Shown here: in pieces, positions 1-9,287 of the stretch
Position numbering within the stretch: the stretch's first letter is position 1
How the letters are laid out: each line of letters starts with the position of its first letter
Origin: Gemmatimonadota bacterium
GTDB taxonomy: Bacteria; Gemmatimonadota; Gemmatimonadetes; Gemmatimonadales; GWC2-71-9
Length of the DNA stretch: 64,000 nucleotides
NCBI GenBank assembly: GCA_031367105.1
Contig: JANLPG010000129.1
Location: 24,690 to 88,689, forward strand
Direction: 5' to 3'
Position numbers and translations under genes: made by a program
Notes under the pieces: generated by a model
Told to the model about the DNA's origin: nothing
What the model saw: only the letters and a program-made list of their open reading frames with translations
Database searches by the model: none

Positions 1-1296
1 ATGCAGCAGGGGATGAACTGGTGGCAGGCGATGCTGACGATTCTCCTCGGCAACGTCATCGTACTGATCCCGATGATTCTCAACGCTCACGCCGGCACCC
101 GCTACGGCATCTCCTTCCCGGTCCTCTGCCGCGCGTCCTTCGGCGTGCGTGGCGCCAACGTGGCGGCCCTCCTCCGCGCCGCCGTGGCGTGCGGCTGGTT
201 CGGGATTCAGACCTGGATCGGCGCCCTGGCGCTCAACCTCCTGCTCGGTGCCGCCTTTCCTTCGTGGACCGGGTTGGCGCACGGAATCTGGTTCTCCTTT
301 GCGGCGTTCTGGTTGATCCAGGTCGCGATCATCATCACCGGCACGGAAGGGATCAAGCAGTTGGAGAGCTGGGCTGCGCCACTACTCCTCGCCGGTGGTC
401 TCCTCCTGCTCTGGTGGGGGGTGAGCCACGGTGGCGGGTTGAGCAACGTGCTGACCCAGTCGCAGAAACTGCAGGGCGGTCACACCGCGTTCTGGGTCAT
501 CTTCCCGGCCGCGCTGACCGCCAATGTCGGCTACTGGGCGACACTTTCGCTCAACATTCCCGACTTCACCCGGTACGCGAAGAATCAGCGCTCGCAGGTG
601 CTCGGCCAGGCACTCGGCCTCCCTACTACGATGACCCTCTTCGCCTTCATCGGTGTGGCGGTGACGAGCGCTACGATCGTGATTTTCGGCGAGCCGATCT
701 GGGATCCCGTCGTCCTGGTGAGCCGGATCGGCGGTACCGGAGTGATCGTCTTCGCCGCGCTCGTGGTGCTCGCCGCGCAGCTCACCACCAATATGGCAGC
801 CAATGTCGTCTCACCATCCAACGACTTCTCCAATCTCTCGCCGCGAAGGATTTCGTATGTCACCGGCGGCCTGATTACCGCGGTGATCGGCGTGCTGATG
901 ATGCCGTGGCGCCTCTACTCCGACGCCGCGGCATACATCTTCACCTGGCTGCTGGGCTATTCGTCGCTGATGGGCGCCCTCGGCGGGATCCTGATTGCCG
1001 ACTACTGGATCATCCGCCGTCAGCAGCTGAATGTGTCGGCACTCTTTCAGCTCGACGGCGAATACAGCTACCGGCGTGGCGTGAACCCCTGTGCCATCAT
1101 CGCGCTCGTGGTGGCCGTGCTGCCGGTGATTCCCGGCTTTGTGCGGGCGGTGGGCACTCCCGGAGGGATGGTCGCCAACCCCGGCTTCTTCGATCATCTG
1201 TATCAGTACGCCTGGTTCGTCACTTTTGCGCTGAGCTTCCTGATCTACCTCAAGCTGATGTGGCCCTATCGGCCCAGTCCTTCCGTGGAGAGTTGA
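1..1296 (+). CDS. NCS1 family nucleobase/hydantoin/allantoin:cation symporter, probably 5'-truncated by the window edge
   Basis: The ORF begins at base 1 and encodes 431 aa with about 11 hydrophobic helices. The N-terminal stretch NWWQAMLTILLGNVIVLIPMILNAHAGTRYGISFPVLCRASFG looks like NCS1 (Mhp1/PucI/cytosine permease) TM1-TM2. Family members are usually about 480-500 aa, so the true start probably lies upstream of the window. Confidence 0.8.
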   Translation: MQQGMNWWQAMLTILLGNVIVLIPMILNAHAGTRYGISFPVLCRASFGVRGANVAALLRAAVACGWFGIQTWIGALALNLLLGAAFPSWTGLAHGIWFSFAAFWLIQVAIIITGTEGIKQLESWAAPLLLAGGLLLLWWGVSHGGGLSNVLTQSQKLQGGHTAFWVIFPAALTANVGYWATLSLNIPDFTRYAKNQRSQVLGQALGLPTTMTLFAFIGVAVTSATIVIFGEPIWDPVVLVSRIGGTGVIVFAALVVLAAQLTTNMAANVVSPSNDFSNLSPRRISYVTGGLITAVIGVLMMPWRLYSDAAAYIFTWLLGYSSLMGALGGILIADYWIIRRQQLNVSALFQLDGEYSYRRGVNPCAIIALVVAVLPVIPGFVRAVGTPGGMVANPGFFDHLYQYAWFVTFALSFLIYLKLMWPYRPSPSVES

Positions 1297-1297
1297 A

Positions 1298-2167
1298 ATG
1301 GCCCGAACCGTCAAGTGCGGCCTGATCCAGGCATCGCACGCCTGCGGCACCGAGGAGAAACTGGAGATCATCCGCGATGCCAATATCAACAAGCACCTCG
1401 AGCTGATCGAGCAGGCCGGTCGGGAGGGGGTCCAGATCCTCTGTATGCAGGAAATCTTCACTGGGCCGTATTTCTGCGCCGAGCAGACCACGCGCTGGTA
1501 CGATACCACGGAGGCAATTCCCGACGGTCACACCACGCGGCTGATGCAGGAAGTCGCCCGCCGACTCCAGATGGTGATCATCGTCCCGATCTATGAACAG
1601 GATGGTTCGGGGATCTACTACAACACCGCGGCGGTCATCGATGCCGATGGCAGCTATCTCGGCAAGTACCGCAAGAACCACATTCCGCACTGTGGCCCGG
1701 GCTTCTGGGAGAAGTTCTACTTCAAGCCCGGCAACCTCGGCTACCCGGTGTTCAAGACCCAGTACGCCGACATCGGTGTCTACATCTGCTACGACCGCCA
1801 CTTCCCGGAAGGCGCTCGCCAGCTGGGACTCAACGGCGCCGAGATCGTCTTCAACCCCTCGGCCACCGTGGCCGGCTTGTCGGAATATCTCTGGAAGCTG
1901 GAGCAGCCGGCGCACGCGGTGGCCAACGCCTATTACATCGGGGCGATCAACCGAGTGGGATTCGAGGAGCCGTGGCGGATCGGTGAGTTCTACGGGCAGA
2001 GCTACTTCTGCGATCCGCGCGGGCAGATGGTGGCCGAGGGGAGTCGCGATCGGGACCAGCTGATCACTGCCGAGCTGGATCTCGACCGGATCCGGGAGGT
2101 CAGGAACATCTGGCAGTTCTACCGCGACCGGCGGCCGGAGACGTACGGGGGGCTCACGGCGCTGTGA
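1298..2167 (+). CDS. beta-ureidopropionase / N-carbamoyl amidohydrolase (nitrilase superfamily)
   Basis: 289 aa with nitrilase-superfamily Glu/Lys/Cys contexts ILCMQE, GKYRKNHIP and VYICYDRHFPE. It starts 1 nt after the permease stop, which suggests co-transcription. Confidence 0.8.
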   Translation: MARTVKCGLIQASHACGTEEKLEIIRDANINKHLELIEQAGREGVQILCMQEIFTGPYFCAEQTTRWYDTTEAIPDGHTTRLMQEVARRLQMVIIVPIYEQDGSGIYYNTAAVIDADGSYLGKYRKNHIPHCGPGFWEKFYFKPGNLGYPVFKTQYADIGVYICYDRHFPEGARQLGLNGAEIVFNPSATVAGLSEYLWKLEQPAHAVANAYYIGAINRVGFEEPWRIGEFYGQSYFCDPRGQMVAEGSRDRDQLITAELDLDRIREVRNIWQFYRDRRPETYGGLTAL

Positions 2168-2242
2168 GATCTTCCCGGAATCGTGTAATCGGGCACGGTC
2201 CGTGCATTTGACTGTGGCATCCACCCCGTTCCCGGAGGCACC

Positions 2243-2923
2243 GTGCGCTTGCGCGTCGAGGTCCTGATCGCCCTGCTTGCCGTTCCCACCGTCCTAACGG
2301 CGCAGCGCGCCGGAAAGCACGGGTCTGATGTGTCGATCGGCGTTCGCGCCAGCACCCTCGGCTTCGGGGTCGAGGTCTCGAAGCTGGTCACCTCGCATCT
2401 CGGCTTGCGCGTCGGCACCAACACCTACTCGCTCAACAAAAGCGTCGACCAGAGCGACGTCACCTTCGACGCCAAGCTCAAGATGAAGGCTCGCACGGCG
2501 CTCGTCGATCTCTATCCCGCGAGCCGCGGTTCGTTCCACCTCACCGGCGGCCTGATTACCAACCCGGTCGAGATCACCGCCGTGGGACAGCCCAAGGCGA
2601 CCGGCACCTTCACCATCAATAATCGTGAATACACCACGGCGCAGGTCGGCACCCTCACGGGTACCGGGAAGTGGCCGAAGACGTCGCCCTATGCCGGCAT
2701 CGGCTTCGGCACTCCAGCGAATTCGCACGCCGCCCTCAAGTTTGTCTTCGACCTCGGCGCCGCGCTGAGCAAGTCCACCATCGCACTCACCGCAACCGGT
2801 GCGGCCAACAACGCGCAGCTGCAGTCGGACCTGAATGCCCAGGTTGCCAAGACTCAGAAGGATGTCGACAAGTACGCCAAGGTGTACCCGATCCTCTCCT
2901 TCGGCCTGACATTCCGCTTCTGA
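2243..2923 (+). CDS. outer-membrane beta-barrel protein (function unknown)
   Basis: GTG start and a signal-like LIALLAVPTVLTAQ leader. Short amphipathic strands alternate through the sequence, and the C-terminus LSFGLTFRF ends in an aromatic residue as in OMP beta-barrels. Confidence 0.55.
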   Translation: MRLRVEVLIALLAVPTVLTAQRAGKHGSDVSIGVRASTLGFGVEVSKLVTSHLGLRVGTNTYSLNKSVDQSDVTFDAKLKMKARTALVDLYPASRGSFHLTGGLITNPVEITAVGQPKATGTFTINNREYTTAQVGTLTGTGKWPKTSPYAGIGFGTPANSHAALKFVFDLGAALSKSTIALTATGAANNAQLQSDLNAQVAKTQKDVDKYAKVYPILSFGLTFRF

Positions 2924-3367
2924 TCAGTCGGCCGCCTCGACCTTGACGTGCCCCCGCATTCCCAAGGGGGCGTGCGGATCGCACTGGAAGTAGTAGCTCT
3001 TCCCCGGCGCGAAGCTCACCGGCACATCGAAGGTCTGCCCCGGCAACTGGAGCAGGTCGCTCGCGGGCGGGAGATTCGGCATGCCGGGGTTGCTGTCGGG
3101 AAGAAAATGGACGTTGTGGACACCGACCCCGAGCGTAAAGCGCAGCACGTCACCTGGATGCGCTTCGACCAGCTTCGGCTTGAAGTAGCTGCCGGTTTCG
3201 TCGGTGATCATCTCGATGGTGATGACCTTTCCGGTGGCAGCCGCCGCCGGTTCCGGCGCACCCGGAGTGGTCCCCGGCGCCGACGCGTCCTTGCCCCCAC
3301 CGCAGGCGAGGGAAAAAATCACGGCCGTCAATGGAACAACAGACCGAAAAGGCAATTGGATCGACAT
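2924..3367 (-). CDS. type-1 (blue) copper cupredoxin lipoprotein, plastocyanin/pseudoazurin-like
   Basis: The ATG at 3367 is preceded by AGGGAG 6 nt upstream. The leader has a lipobox (VIFSLAC). The type-1 Cu ligand pattern is present as HNVHF ... FQCDPHAPLGM (His, Cys-x2-His-x4-Met). It is the last gene of the nos operon. Confidence 0.8.
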   Translation of the reverse strand: MSIQLPFRSVVPLTAVIFSLACGGGKDASAPGTTPGAPEPAAAATGKVITIEMITDETGSYFKPKLVEAHPGDVLRFTLGVGVHNVHFLPDSNPGMPNLPPASDLLQLPGQTFDVPVSFAPGKSYYFQCDPHAPLGMRGHVKVEAAD

Positions 3368-3390
3368 CACGACTCCCTTGATGAATGACA

Positions 3391-4182
3391 CTAGAAACTC
3401 TTCCGTTGAAACGCGCGTGCCGCAATTCCGAGCGGCAGCACCAGCCAGAGGGAGAGCGTTGCAACCAGCACCGCGCGGCCTGCTCCGGTCCCGAGTGCGT
3501 GTTGCAGGACGGCCCCGGTGTAACCGAGCAACGCGGAGGCATCGGTCCCGAGCAGCAGCAGGACGCGGGCGAGGTCGAGCGGGTTAAGCGCCAGCATCAC
3601 CAGCATTGCTCCTTCCAGTGGCCGCTGCCCGAACAACATCGCGATCAGCAGGATCACACCATCCCAGACGACGGCCGCAACCAGCCAGGCACCGAGTGCG
3701 ATTCCCAGCGCCCGGACCCGATCATCGACCCTGAGCGCCACCAGGAAGGCGAGCGCGGTGCTGATGAAGGTCAGGATGATCGCGGCGCCCAGCACCGGGA
3801 CCAGCCGGGCGCCCAGCGCACCGAAGACCATCCCGTGCCACACGAACGGAGCGATCAGGCCGAGCGAGATAGCGACCGCGAGCGGCAGTGCGTTGCCGAG
3901 ATAGAGACCGAGAAAGAGCCGGCGACGCGAGACGGGCTGCGCGAGCAGCAATTCCGTGAGGTCCCGCGCGTGATGCACTTGCACCGTACCGGCGACGAGC
4001 CCCACCAGTGGTGTCGCGATCAGCACGATATCGATCAGCGACACCACGGTCGTAGCACCGCCGCCGCCGAAGCGAAGCAGCAGCTCACCCGCGACGGCAA
4101 GGGTGACCGCGATTCCGACCAGCCAGCGACCGCGGATTGCTTCGCGGACCGCCAGACGAAGGAGTGGCAGCAGGGTATTCAC
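3391..4182 (-). CDS. nosY: ABC-2 type permease NosY
   Basis: Polytopic membrane protein directly downstream of nosF. The GTG at 4182 forms a GTGA overlap with the nosF stop. The track ORF extends to 4218, but that would overlap nosF by 40 nt. Confidence 0.75.
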   Translation of the reverse strand: MNTLLPLLRLAVREAIRGRWLVGIAVTLAVAGELLLRFGGGGATTVVSLIDIVLIATPLVGLVAGTVQVHHARDLTELLLAQPVSRRRLFLGLYLGNALPLAVAISLGLIAPFVWHGMVFGALGARLVPVLGAAIILTFISTALAFLVALRVDDRVRALGIALGAWLVAAVVWDGVILLIAMLFGQRPLEGAMLVMLALNPLDLARVLLLLGTDASALLGYTGAVLQHALGTGAGRAVLVATLSLWLVLPLGIAARAFQRKSF

Positions 4183-4904
4183 GCGACCGCCAGGATGGCC
4201 CGGCCCGACAGCAGGCACGCGATCGCGCGCTCGAGCGTCGGTTGACCGGTGGTGACTTTCAGCTCGTGGACGCCACCCTGCCAGCGCGCGACCCCCTCCG
4301 TGAGGAAGAGGACGTCATCTGCCAACTCCTCCAGCTCCGGGAGGACGTGCGACGTGATCAGCACGGTTGCGCCAGCAGCACGATCGGCGAGGATTCGATC
4401 CTTGAGGACGCGCGCGGCCACCGGGTCGAGCCCCGCAGTCGGCTCATCCAGTACCAGCAGTTCCGGCCGGAATGCAAACGCCAGCACGGCATTGACCTTC
4501 TGCCGCGTCCCGCCTGACAGCACCCCAAGCGGACGATCGAACGCCTCCCCGAGGTCGAACGCCTCCGCGAGCGAGAGCTCCGGCACGATCGCTCCCCCAC
4601 GCAATGCGACCAGCGTGTGCAACAATTCCCGCCCGGAGAGGTGCGCCGGAAAGCGGGCGATCTGCGGCATATAGCCGATGGTCGCACGGTACTTGGGGCT
4701 GCCATCCAGGAAATGGCTTCCCAGGGCAATCGTGCCGGCCTCGGGGGTCGCCAGCCCGAGCAACAGCTTCAGCAAGGTGGTCTTCCCGGCGCCGTTCGGG
4801 CCCACCAGACCGGTGACTCGCCCCGTGGCGATCTCGGCCGTGAGACCCTGCAGGACGGTGCGACGGCCGAAACGCTTGGAGACACTCCGAAACCGGATCA
4901 TCAC
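4179..4904 (-). CDS. nosF: ABC transporter ATPase NosF
   Basis: Walker A GPNGAGKTT, ABC signature LSGGTRQK and Walker B LLVLDEP are all present. There is an ATGA overlap with the nosD stop. Confidence 0.85.
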   Translation of the reverse strand: MMIRFRSVSKRFGRRTVLQGLTAEIATGRVTGLVGPNGAGKTTLLKLLLGLATPEAGTIALGSHFLDGSPKYRATIGYMPQIARFPAHLSGRELLHTLVALRGGAIVPELSLAEAFDLGEAFDRPLGVLSGGTRQKVNAVLAFAFRPELLVLDEPTAGLDPVAARVLKDRILADRAAGATVLITSHVLPELEELADDVLFLTEGVARWQGGVHELKVTTGQPTLERAIACLLSGRAILAVA

Positions 4905-6121
4905 TCCCCCCCAGTTGGTGCGCGCATCAGTGGTCGCGCATCCACGACATTCGGTGGCGTCAGCACCGGTAGCACCCGTTCGGCAGCATCCAGCAAGCGG
5001 ACGAAGAGCGAGCGCTGCAGCAACAACGCCGGCTGGGCGTGCTCCACCAGCAGGGCGAAGAGCCGCACCGGATGGTGTGGCACATCACCGCGACCGTCGT
5101 GGTTGAGATCCCAGCCGCGGTAGGACTCCCACCAGTTCCCGGTGAAGGTGGCGGACGTCCCACGGCCATTCACGGCCACATCAAAGGAGTTGCGGCGGAA
5201 GGCGTTGCTGCTGAACTCGGCTCCCGAGGTGCTGCCGAACAGCCGCAGTGCCCAGCCGTTTTCTTCGAACCGGTTGCCGGTGGCGACCAGGCGATCGGCG
5301 CCATCGGCGAGCAATCCGGTGGTGTTCCGTCGGAAGAGGTTGCCCGTGAGATGCGCATCTTCGATCTCCTTGAGCAGTAGTCCGTAGGAGGTCGGTCCGC
5401 CGTTGTCGGCGAAGGTATTGCCTGACATCGTCACGACTTTGGTGTACATCACCGCCACCCCGCCACCGTTCGCCGCGAACGTGTTGCCCACATAGCGGGA
5501 GGAGTCCGAGTACATGAAGTGCATTCCGTAGCGGAAATTGTGCTCGCTGCGGTTGTTTCGTACCTCGGCGTCACGATTGAACTCGAGATAGATCCCGTCG
5601 CGATGTCCGCTGATCACATTGTCGTGAATCCTGGCGCTGCGTGACGACCACGAATGGACTCCGTTGCCGATCGCAGCCTCGCTCTTCCCCGCCACGCCAC
5701 TGATCCGGTTGAAGCCCACCTCGCAGCCGTCGGTCGCGGCGAGATAAATCGCGAAGAAGGTGTTGTCGAACTGATTCCGCAGCAGGTGACAGCGATGGGC
5801 GTCCTCCACCCGCAGCGCGGCGCGATCTTCCCGGAACGACCCGCCGGTCGCGGTGAAGCGGAGCCCCTGCACCGTGACGTCATCGGCGCGCACCACCATC
5901 AGGGCGTGGGCCATTTCGCCGTCGAGCAGCGCGCCGGGCTCGCCGATAATGGTCAAGGGCCGATCCACCACGATCATCGGCTCGCGGTAATGCCCCGCCT
6001 TCACCACCACGACGCCCCCGCTCGGCGACGCCGCCACGGCGGCAGCCACCGTCTGAAACGGCCCGGTGGGGGAGACCACGAGTGGCAACTGCAATGCGGC
6101 CAGCAGCGCGAGGATATTCAC
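4901..6121 (-). CDS. nosD: periplasmic copper-binding parallel beta-helix protein NosD
   Basis: Signal peptide followed by repeated beta-helix turns (GNTFAANGGG, GNTFADNGG, GNLFRRNTTG, GNRFEENGW, SNAFRRNSF). It sits in the canonical position between nosZ and nosF. Confidence 0.85.
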   Translation of the reverse strand: MNILALLAALQLPLVVSPTGPFQTVAAAVAASPSGGVVVVKAGHYREPMIVVDRPLTIIGEPGALLDGEMAHALMVVRADDVTVQGLRFTATGGSFREDRAALRVEDAHRCHLLRNQFDNTFFAIYLAATDGCEVGFNRISGVAGKSEAAIGNGVHSWSSRSARIHDNVISGHRDGIYLEFNRDAEVRNNRSEHNFRYGMHFMYSDSSRYVGNTFAANGGGVAVMYTKVVTMSGNTFADNGGPTSYGLLLKEIEDAHLTGNLFRRNTTGLLADGADRLVATGNRFEENGWALRLFGSTSGAEFSSNAFRRNSFDVAVNGRGTSATFTGNWWESYRGWDLNHDGRGDVPHHPVRLFALLVEHAQPALLLQRSLFVRLLDAAERVLPVLTPPNVVDARPLMRAPTGGE

Positions 6122-6702
6122 GACGCCGCTCGACGAGGGCGGCTAGTCCACCAGATCAGTGCGGCACCGGTGAACGCCACGCCGAGGGCGAGTGCCGCAC
6201 CACTGGGCCAGGATGATGCCGTGAAGTTGAGCAGCTGCTTGCTCCCGATCAGCGGTGGCTGATAGCTCATCCCCGGAATCACGATGATGGCACTTTCCAT
6301 ATCGAGGTGATGCCCGTAGTTGTATTCCCAGCGCCAGAAGTCCCAGAGTCCTGCGAGGGCGAGGGCTGCAAACGCCACCAGCCACCCCATCAGCAGCCGG
6401 CGTGAGTTGCGCACCGCTGCCACCACCCCCGTGAGGACGAGGAGCGCCAGAATCCACGGCATCCAGCGCAACTCGGGGATGGCATCGGCGTGAATCGGCA
6501 TCATCCCGATGTAATGGTTGAGTCCATTGATATTGTCGAGATCGTTCGGCTTGATCCCTTTCACGGTATAGGCAAAGATCCGCATCCCCAGTCCCTCGGG
6601 ATATTGCGGCGCCAGCAGGCGCACCTCCCAGAGTGGCCAGAGTGCTGCGGCAGCAGGGAGCACCGCCGCGAGGGCCAGGAGGAGACGCGCCCGCCGGGTC
6701 AT
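6118..6702 (-). CDS. 4-TM membrane protein, NosB-like by position and topology
   Basis: 194 aa with four hydrophobic segments. It starts 3 nt after the nosZ stop and overlaps the nosD start by 4 nt. Clade II nos clusters characteristically have a small polytopic nosB directly after nosZ. The assignment rests on context, not on a recognised motif. Confidence 0.5.
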   Translation of the reverse strand: MTRRARLLLALAAVLPAAAALWPLWEVRLLAPQYPEGLGMRIFAYTVKGIKPNDLDNINGLNHYIGMMPIHADAIPELRWMPWILALLVLTGVVAAVRNSRRLLMGWLVAFAALALAGLWDFWRWEYNYGHHLDMESAIIVIPGMSYQPPLIGSKQLLNFTASSWPSGAALALGVAFTGAALIWWTSRPRRAAS

Positions 6703-6704
6703 CT

Positions 6705-8729
6705 TCAGCGCCCGCCCGCGGCGCCGTGCTGGTGCTCAGCAACCTGGGGCACCGCCTTCAATCGGCTGATCTGGGTCGCAGCCTTGGCCGACGTATTGGC
6801 CTTCAGCGGCACGTTGGCCCCCGCGGCGCTCACCCGGATGTACCCCTGCATCTCCTGGTGCAGCGCCGAGCAGAAGTCGGTGCAGTAGAACGGATAGACG
6901 CCAGGCGACCTGGGGATCCACAGCATCGAGCGCGTCTCGCCGGGCTGGAGGATCAATTCGGCGGTGTTCATTCCCAGCACTGCGAAGCCGTGCAGGATGT
7001 CCCAGTCCTGCTCGATGTTGGTGACGTGGAAGTAGACGCTGTCGCCGACCTCGACTCCTTCGAGGTTGTCGGGTGCGAAATGGCTGCGAATCGCGATCAT
7101 CTTGATGTGGACCGCCTTCCCCGCTCGCGTGATGTTCCCCTCGGACTCGGCGCGCGTCACCCACGGCGAGCTGTTCTTGGCAAGCGAGAAGAACTTCACC
7201 TGCTTGTCCTTGAGTACGCTGGCCGGCAGTGCCTGGGCGTAGTGCGGCTCGCCCTGCGTCGGGAAGTCGAGCAACAGCTTCATCTTGTCGCCGCTGATGT
7301 CGTAGAGCTGCGCCGACTGCGCCAGCTCGCCGCCAGTCGGGAGGTAGCGATCCTTGGTGATCTTGTTCAACGCCAGGAGATACTTGCCCCACGGCTTCTT
7401 CGAGTCGCCACCAGGAATCATCAGGTGGCCCGGTGAGTAGTAGGTCGGCGCCCGATCGAGCACTTCCCACGTCCCCAGCTTCCACTTCACCACTTCCGAT
7501 GAAATGAACATCGTGGTGTATGCGTTGCCCTTCCCGTCGAACTCGGTATGCAGCGGGCCGAGCCCCGGCTTCTGGACTTCGCCGGCGATGGTCGCCTCGT
7601 ACTTGAGCACCGGAATCCCGCCGATGTCTCCGTCGAAGGCCTTGGCCGCAATCGCTGCCTTGATCTTGGTGGCAGAGTGCACCGGGATCACGGTGGCGAG
7701 CTTGCCGCCGCCCACGATGTACTCACCGGTCGGGTCGATATCGACGCCGTGCGGCGACTTCGGTGTGGGCAGCAAGTAGACGACGCCGGGGCAGGCTGCG
7801 GGATCCAGCATCTGGACCGAGGTCCGGAATTCGACTTTCGCCTGGCGTGTGTCCGGATCCATATAGTTGTGGGCATACCGCGACGGGAAGGCCTTTGCCT
7901 TGCCCTCTTTCACGCACTGTTCGGCCAGCTTCCAGTTGACCGCAGCGATGTAATCCTTGTCGTTCTTCGACGCGTTCAGCTCGAGCTTGGTATATGCCTG
8001 CTCGGTGTTGTAGGTCGTGAAGAAGAACCACCCCTCCGACGGTCCCTTGCCGGCGTGGCCGAGGTCGTAGTTGTAGCCCGGCATCAGCAACTGGAAAGCA
8101 ATGTCCATCTTGCCGGGAACATCCGCCTTGATGAATGAGAGCGTCCCCTTGAAGTTGGTCTTGAAGCTCTCAATCGGCACATCGGCGTTCGGGATCGGCA
8201 CCGAGAACCGGGTGGCCGAGACGATGTATTCCGAGTTCCCGGTCGTGAACGGCGAAGCGTGGCCACCGGCCGCGTTCGGAATCTGGAGGATTTCGTCGGT
8301 CTCGAAGCGCGTCAGGTCGATCCGGGCGACGCGTGGGGTGTTGTTGCCGTTGATGAAGAGCCAGCGCCCGTCGGGAACGCCATCGGTCTGTGACAGTTCC
8401 GTGTGGTGGGTGTCATCCCAGGGTACCGTGCCGAAGGTGGTCTCGAGCATCGGCTTGGTCTCTTCGTTGTAGCCATAACCGTTCTCGGGAAACTGCGAGA
8501 AGACCGGAATCGTCTTCAGCTGCCGACCCGATGGCAGGGCATACACCGTCACCTGCCCGCTGAATCCACCGGAGAGGAAGGCGTAGAACTCGTCGTATTG
8601 CCCTGGCGCGACATACACGGCCTTGGCGGCGTCACCGTTCACCAGATCCTGCGGTGCGGGCGCCTTGCACCCGACCGTCACGACCAGTGCGGTGAGAAGA
8701 ATGGACCAACGAATGCGGGAACACGGCAT
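6705..8729 (-). CDS. nosZ: nitrous-oxide reductase NosZ, Sec-type (clade II-like)
   Basis: CuA motif YCTDFCSALHQEM (C-x3-C-x3-H-x2-M) near the C-terminus and the DDTHH motif in the propeller region. The ATG at 8729 is preceded by GAGG. The leader MPCSRIRWSILLTALVVTVGC has no twin-arginine. The track ORF extends to a GTG at 8774. Confidence 0.9.
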   Translation of the reverse strand: MPCSRIRWSILLTALVVTVGCKAPAPQDLVNGDAAKAVYVAPGQYDEFYAFLSGGFSGQVTVYALPSGRQLKTIPVFSQFPENGYGYNEETKPMLETTFGTVPWDDTHHTELSQTDGVPDGRWLFINGNNTPRVARIDLTRFETDEILQIPNAAGGHASPFTTGNSEYIVSATRFSVPIPNADVPIESFKTNFKGTLSFIKADVPGKMDIAFQLLMPGYNYDLGHAGKGPSEGWFFFTTYNTEQAYTKLELNASKNDKDYIAAVNWKLAEQCVKEGKAKAFPSRYAHNYMDPDTRQAKVEFRTSVQMLDPAACPGVVYLLPTPKSPHGVDIDPTGEYIVGGGKLATVIPVHSATKIKAAIAAKAFDGDIGGIPVLKYEATIAGEVQKPGLGPLHTEFDGKGNAYTTMFISSEVVKWKLGTWEVLDRAPTYYSPGHLMIPGGDSKKPWGKYLLALNKITKDRYLPTGGELAQSAQLYDISGDKMKLLLDFPTQGEPHYAQALPASVLKDKQVKFFSLAKNSSPWVTRAESEGNITRAGKAVHIKMIAIRSHFAPDNLEGVEVGDSVYFHVTNIEQDWDILHGFAVLGMNTAELILQPGETRSMLWIPRSPGVYPFYCTDFCSALHQEMQGYIRVSAAGANVPLKANTSAKAATQISRLKAVPQVAEHQHGAAGGR

Positions 8730-8826
8730 ACCAGCCTCGTGTGAAGGGCCCCACTGGGGCCGGTCGGGTGTCACACCGCCGTTGCGGGGACACGACAGCA
8801 GTTTCGGGTCAGGAGCGTCGCGGCGC

Positions 8827-8842
8827 TGTGATGCTTGTCACA
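8827..8842. promoter_or_regulatory. perfect TGTGA-N6-TCACA palindrome (candidate Crp/Fnr-family operator) upstream of nosZ
   Basis: The sequence TGTGATGCTTGTCACA is centred about 105 nt upstream of the nosZ ATG. Apart from its first base and one spacer base it repeats the element at 9664-9679. Confidence 0.5.
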
Positions 8843-8858
8843 CCGGCGGCCCATCGCA

Positions 8859-9287
8859 TCAGGGGCGCGCCCGGATCCGGGTGAGCGACAACGCGGCGCT
8901 GTCGAGCGTGCGCCAGAGATTCCAGGCGAGGAGGTAGGCGCCGATCGCCGAGGCGGTCGCACCGACGCCGAGGATTGCGCCACCGGTCACGGGATCGTGG
9001 AGGCGCCACCCGAAGCCAAGGGCCATCGCGGCCACGCCGATGTTGGCGAGGAGCAGGTGACTCCGCGCCATCGCGGGGGAAAAGAGCGGTGTCGCCGCAA
9101 AGCGCGGAAAGACGTGGTAGGCGACGCCGGAGATCATCATCGTGACGAAGCCGAGCAGCATCAGATGCAGATGGGCAGTGCGATACACTCCCCACGCCGG
9201 GTGCACTGCCATCGCGACCCCGACTGACACACCGGTCACCAGCCAGAGCAGCGAGGCCCGCAGGAATCCGGTGGTGTACGCTTCCAT
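8859..9287 (-). CDS. 4-helix membrane protein resembling helix X region of heme-copper oxidase subunit I
   Basis: The ATG at 9287 overlaps the cupin stop (TGATG); an alternative start lies at 9302. There are four hydrophobic helices. The segment AHLHLMLLGFVTMMISGVAYHVFPRF has the same spacing as COX1 helix X [26 protein letters not shown]. Confidence 0.55.
   Translation of the reverse strand: MEAYTTGFLRASLLWLVTGVSVGVAMAVHPAWGVYRTAHLHLMLLGFVTMMISGVAYHVFPRFAATPLFSPAMARSHLLLANIGVAAMALGFGWRLHDPVTGGAILGVGATASAIGAYLLAWNLWRTLDSAALSLTRIRARP

Noticed and set aside
2921-2926. Back-to-back stop codons TGATCA shared by the convergent beta-barrel and cupredoxin genes, with a similar CTAG case at 32265-32268.
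   Set aside because: These are real in the sequence. They are most simply explained by tight packing of convergent genes, and I have no evidence of functional significance beyond the lack of any terminator space.
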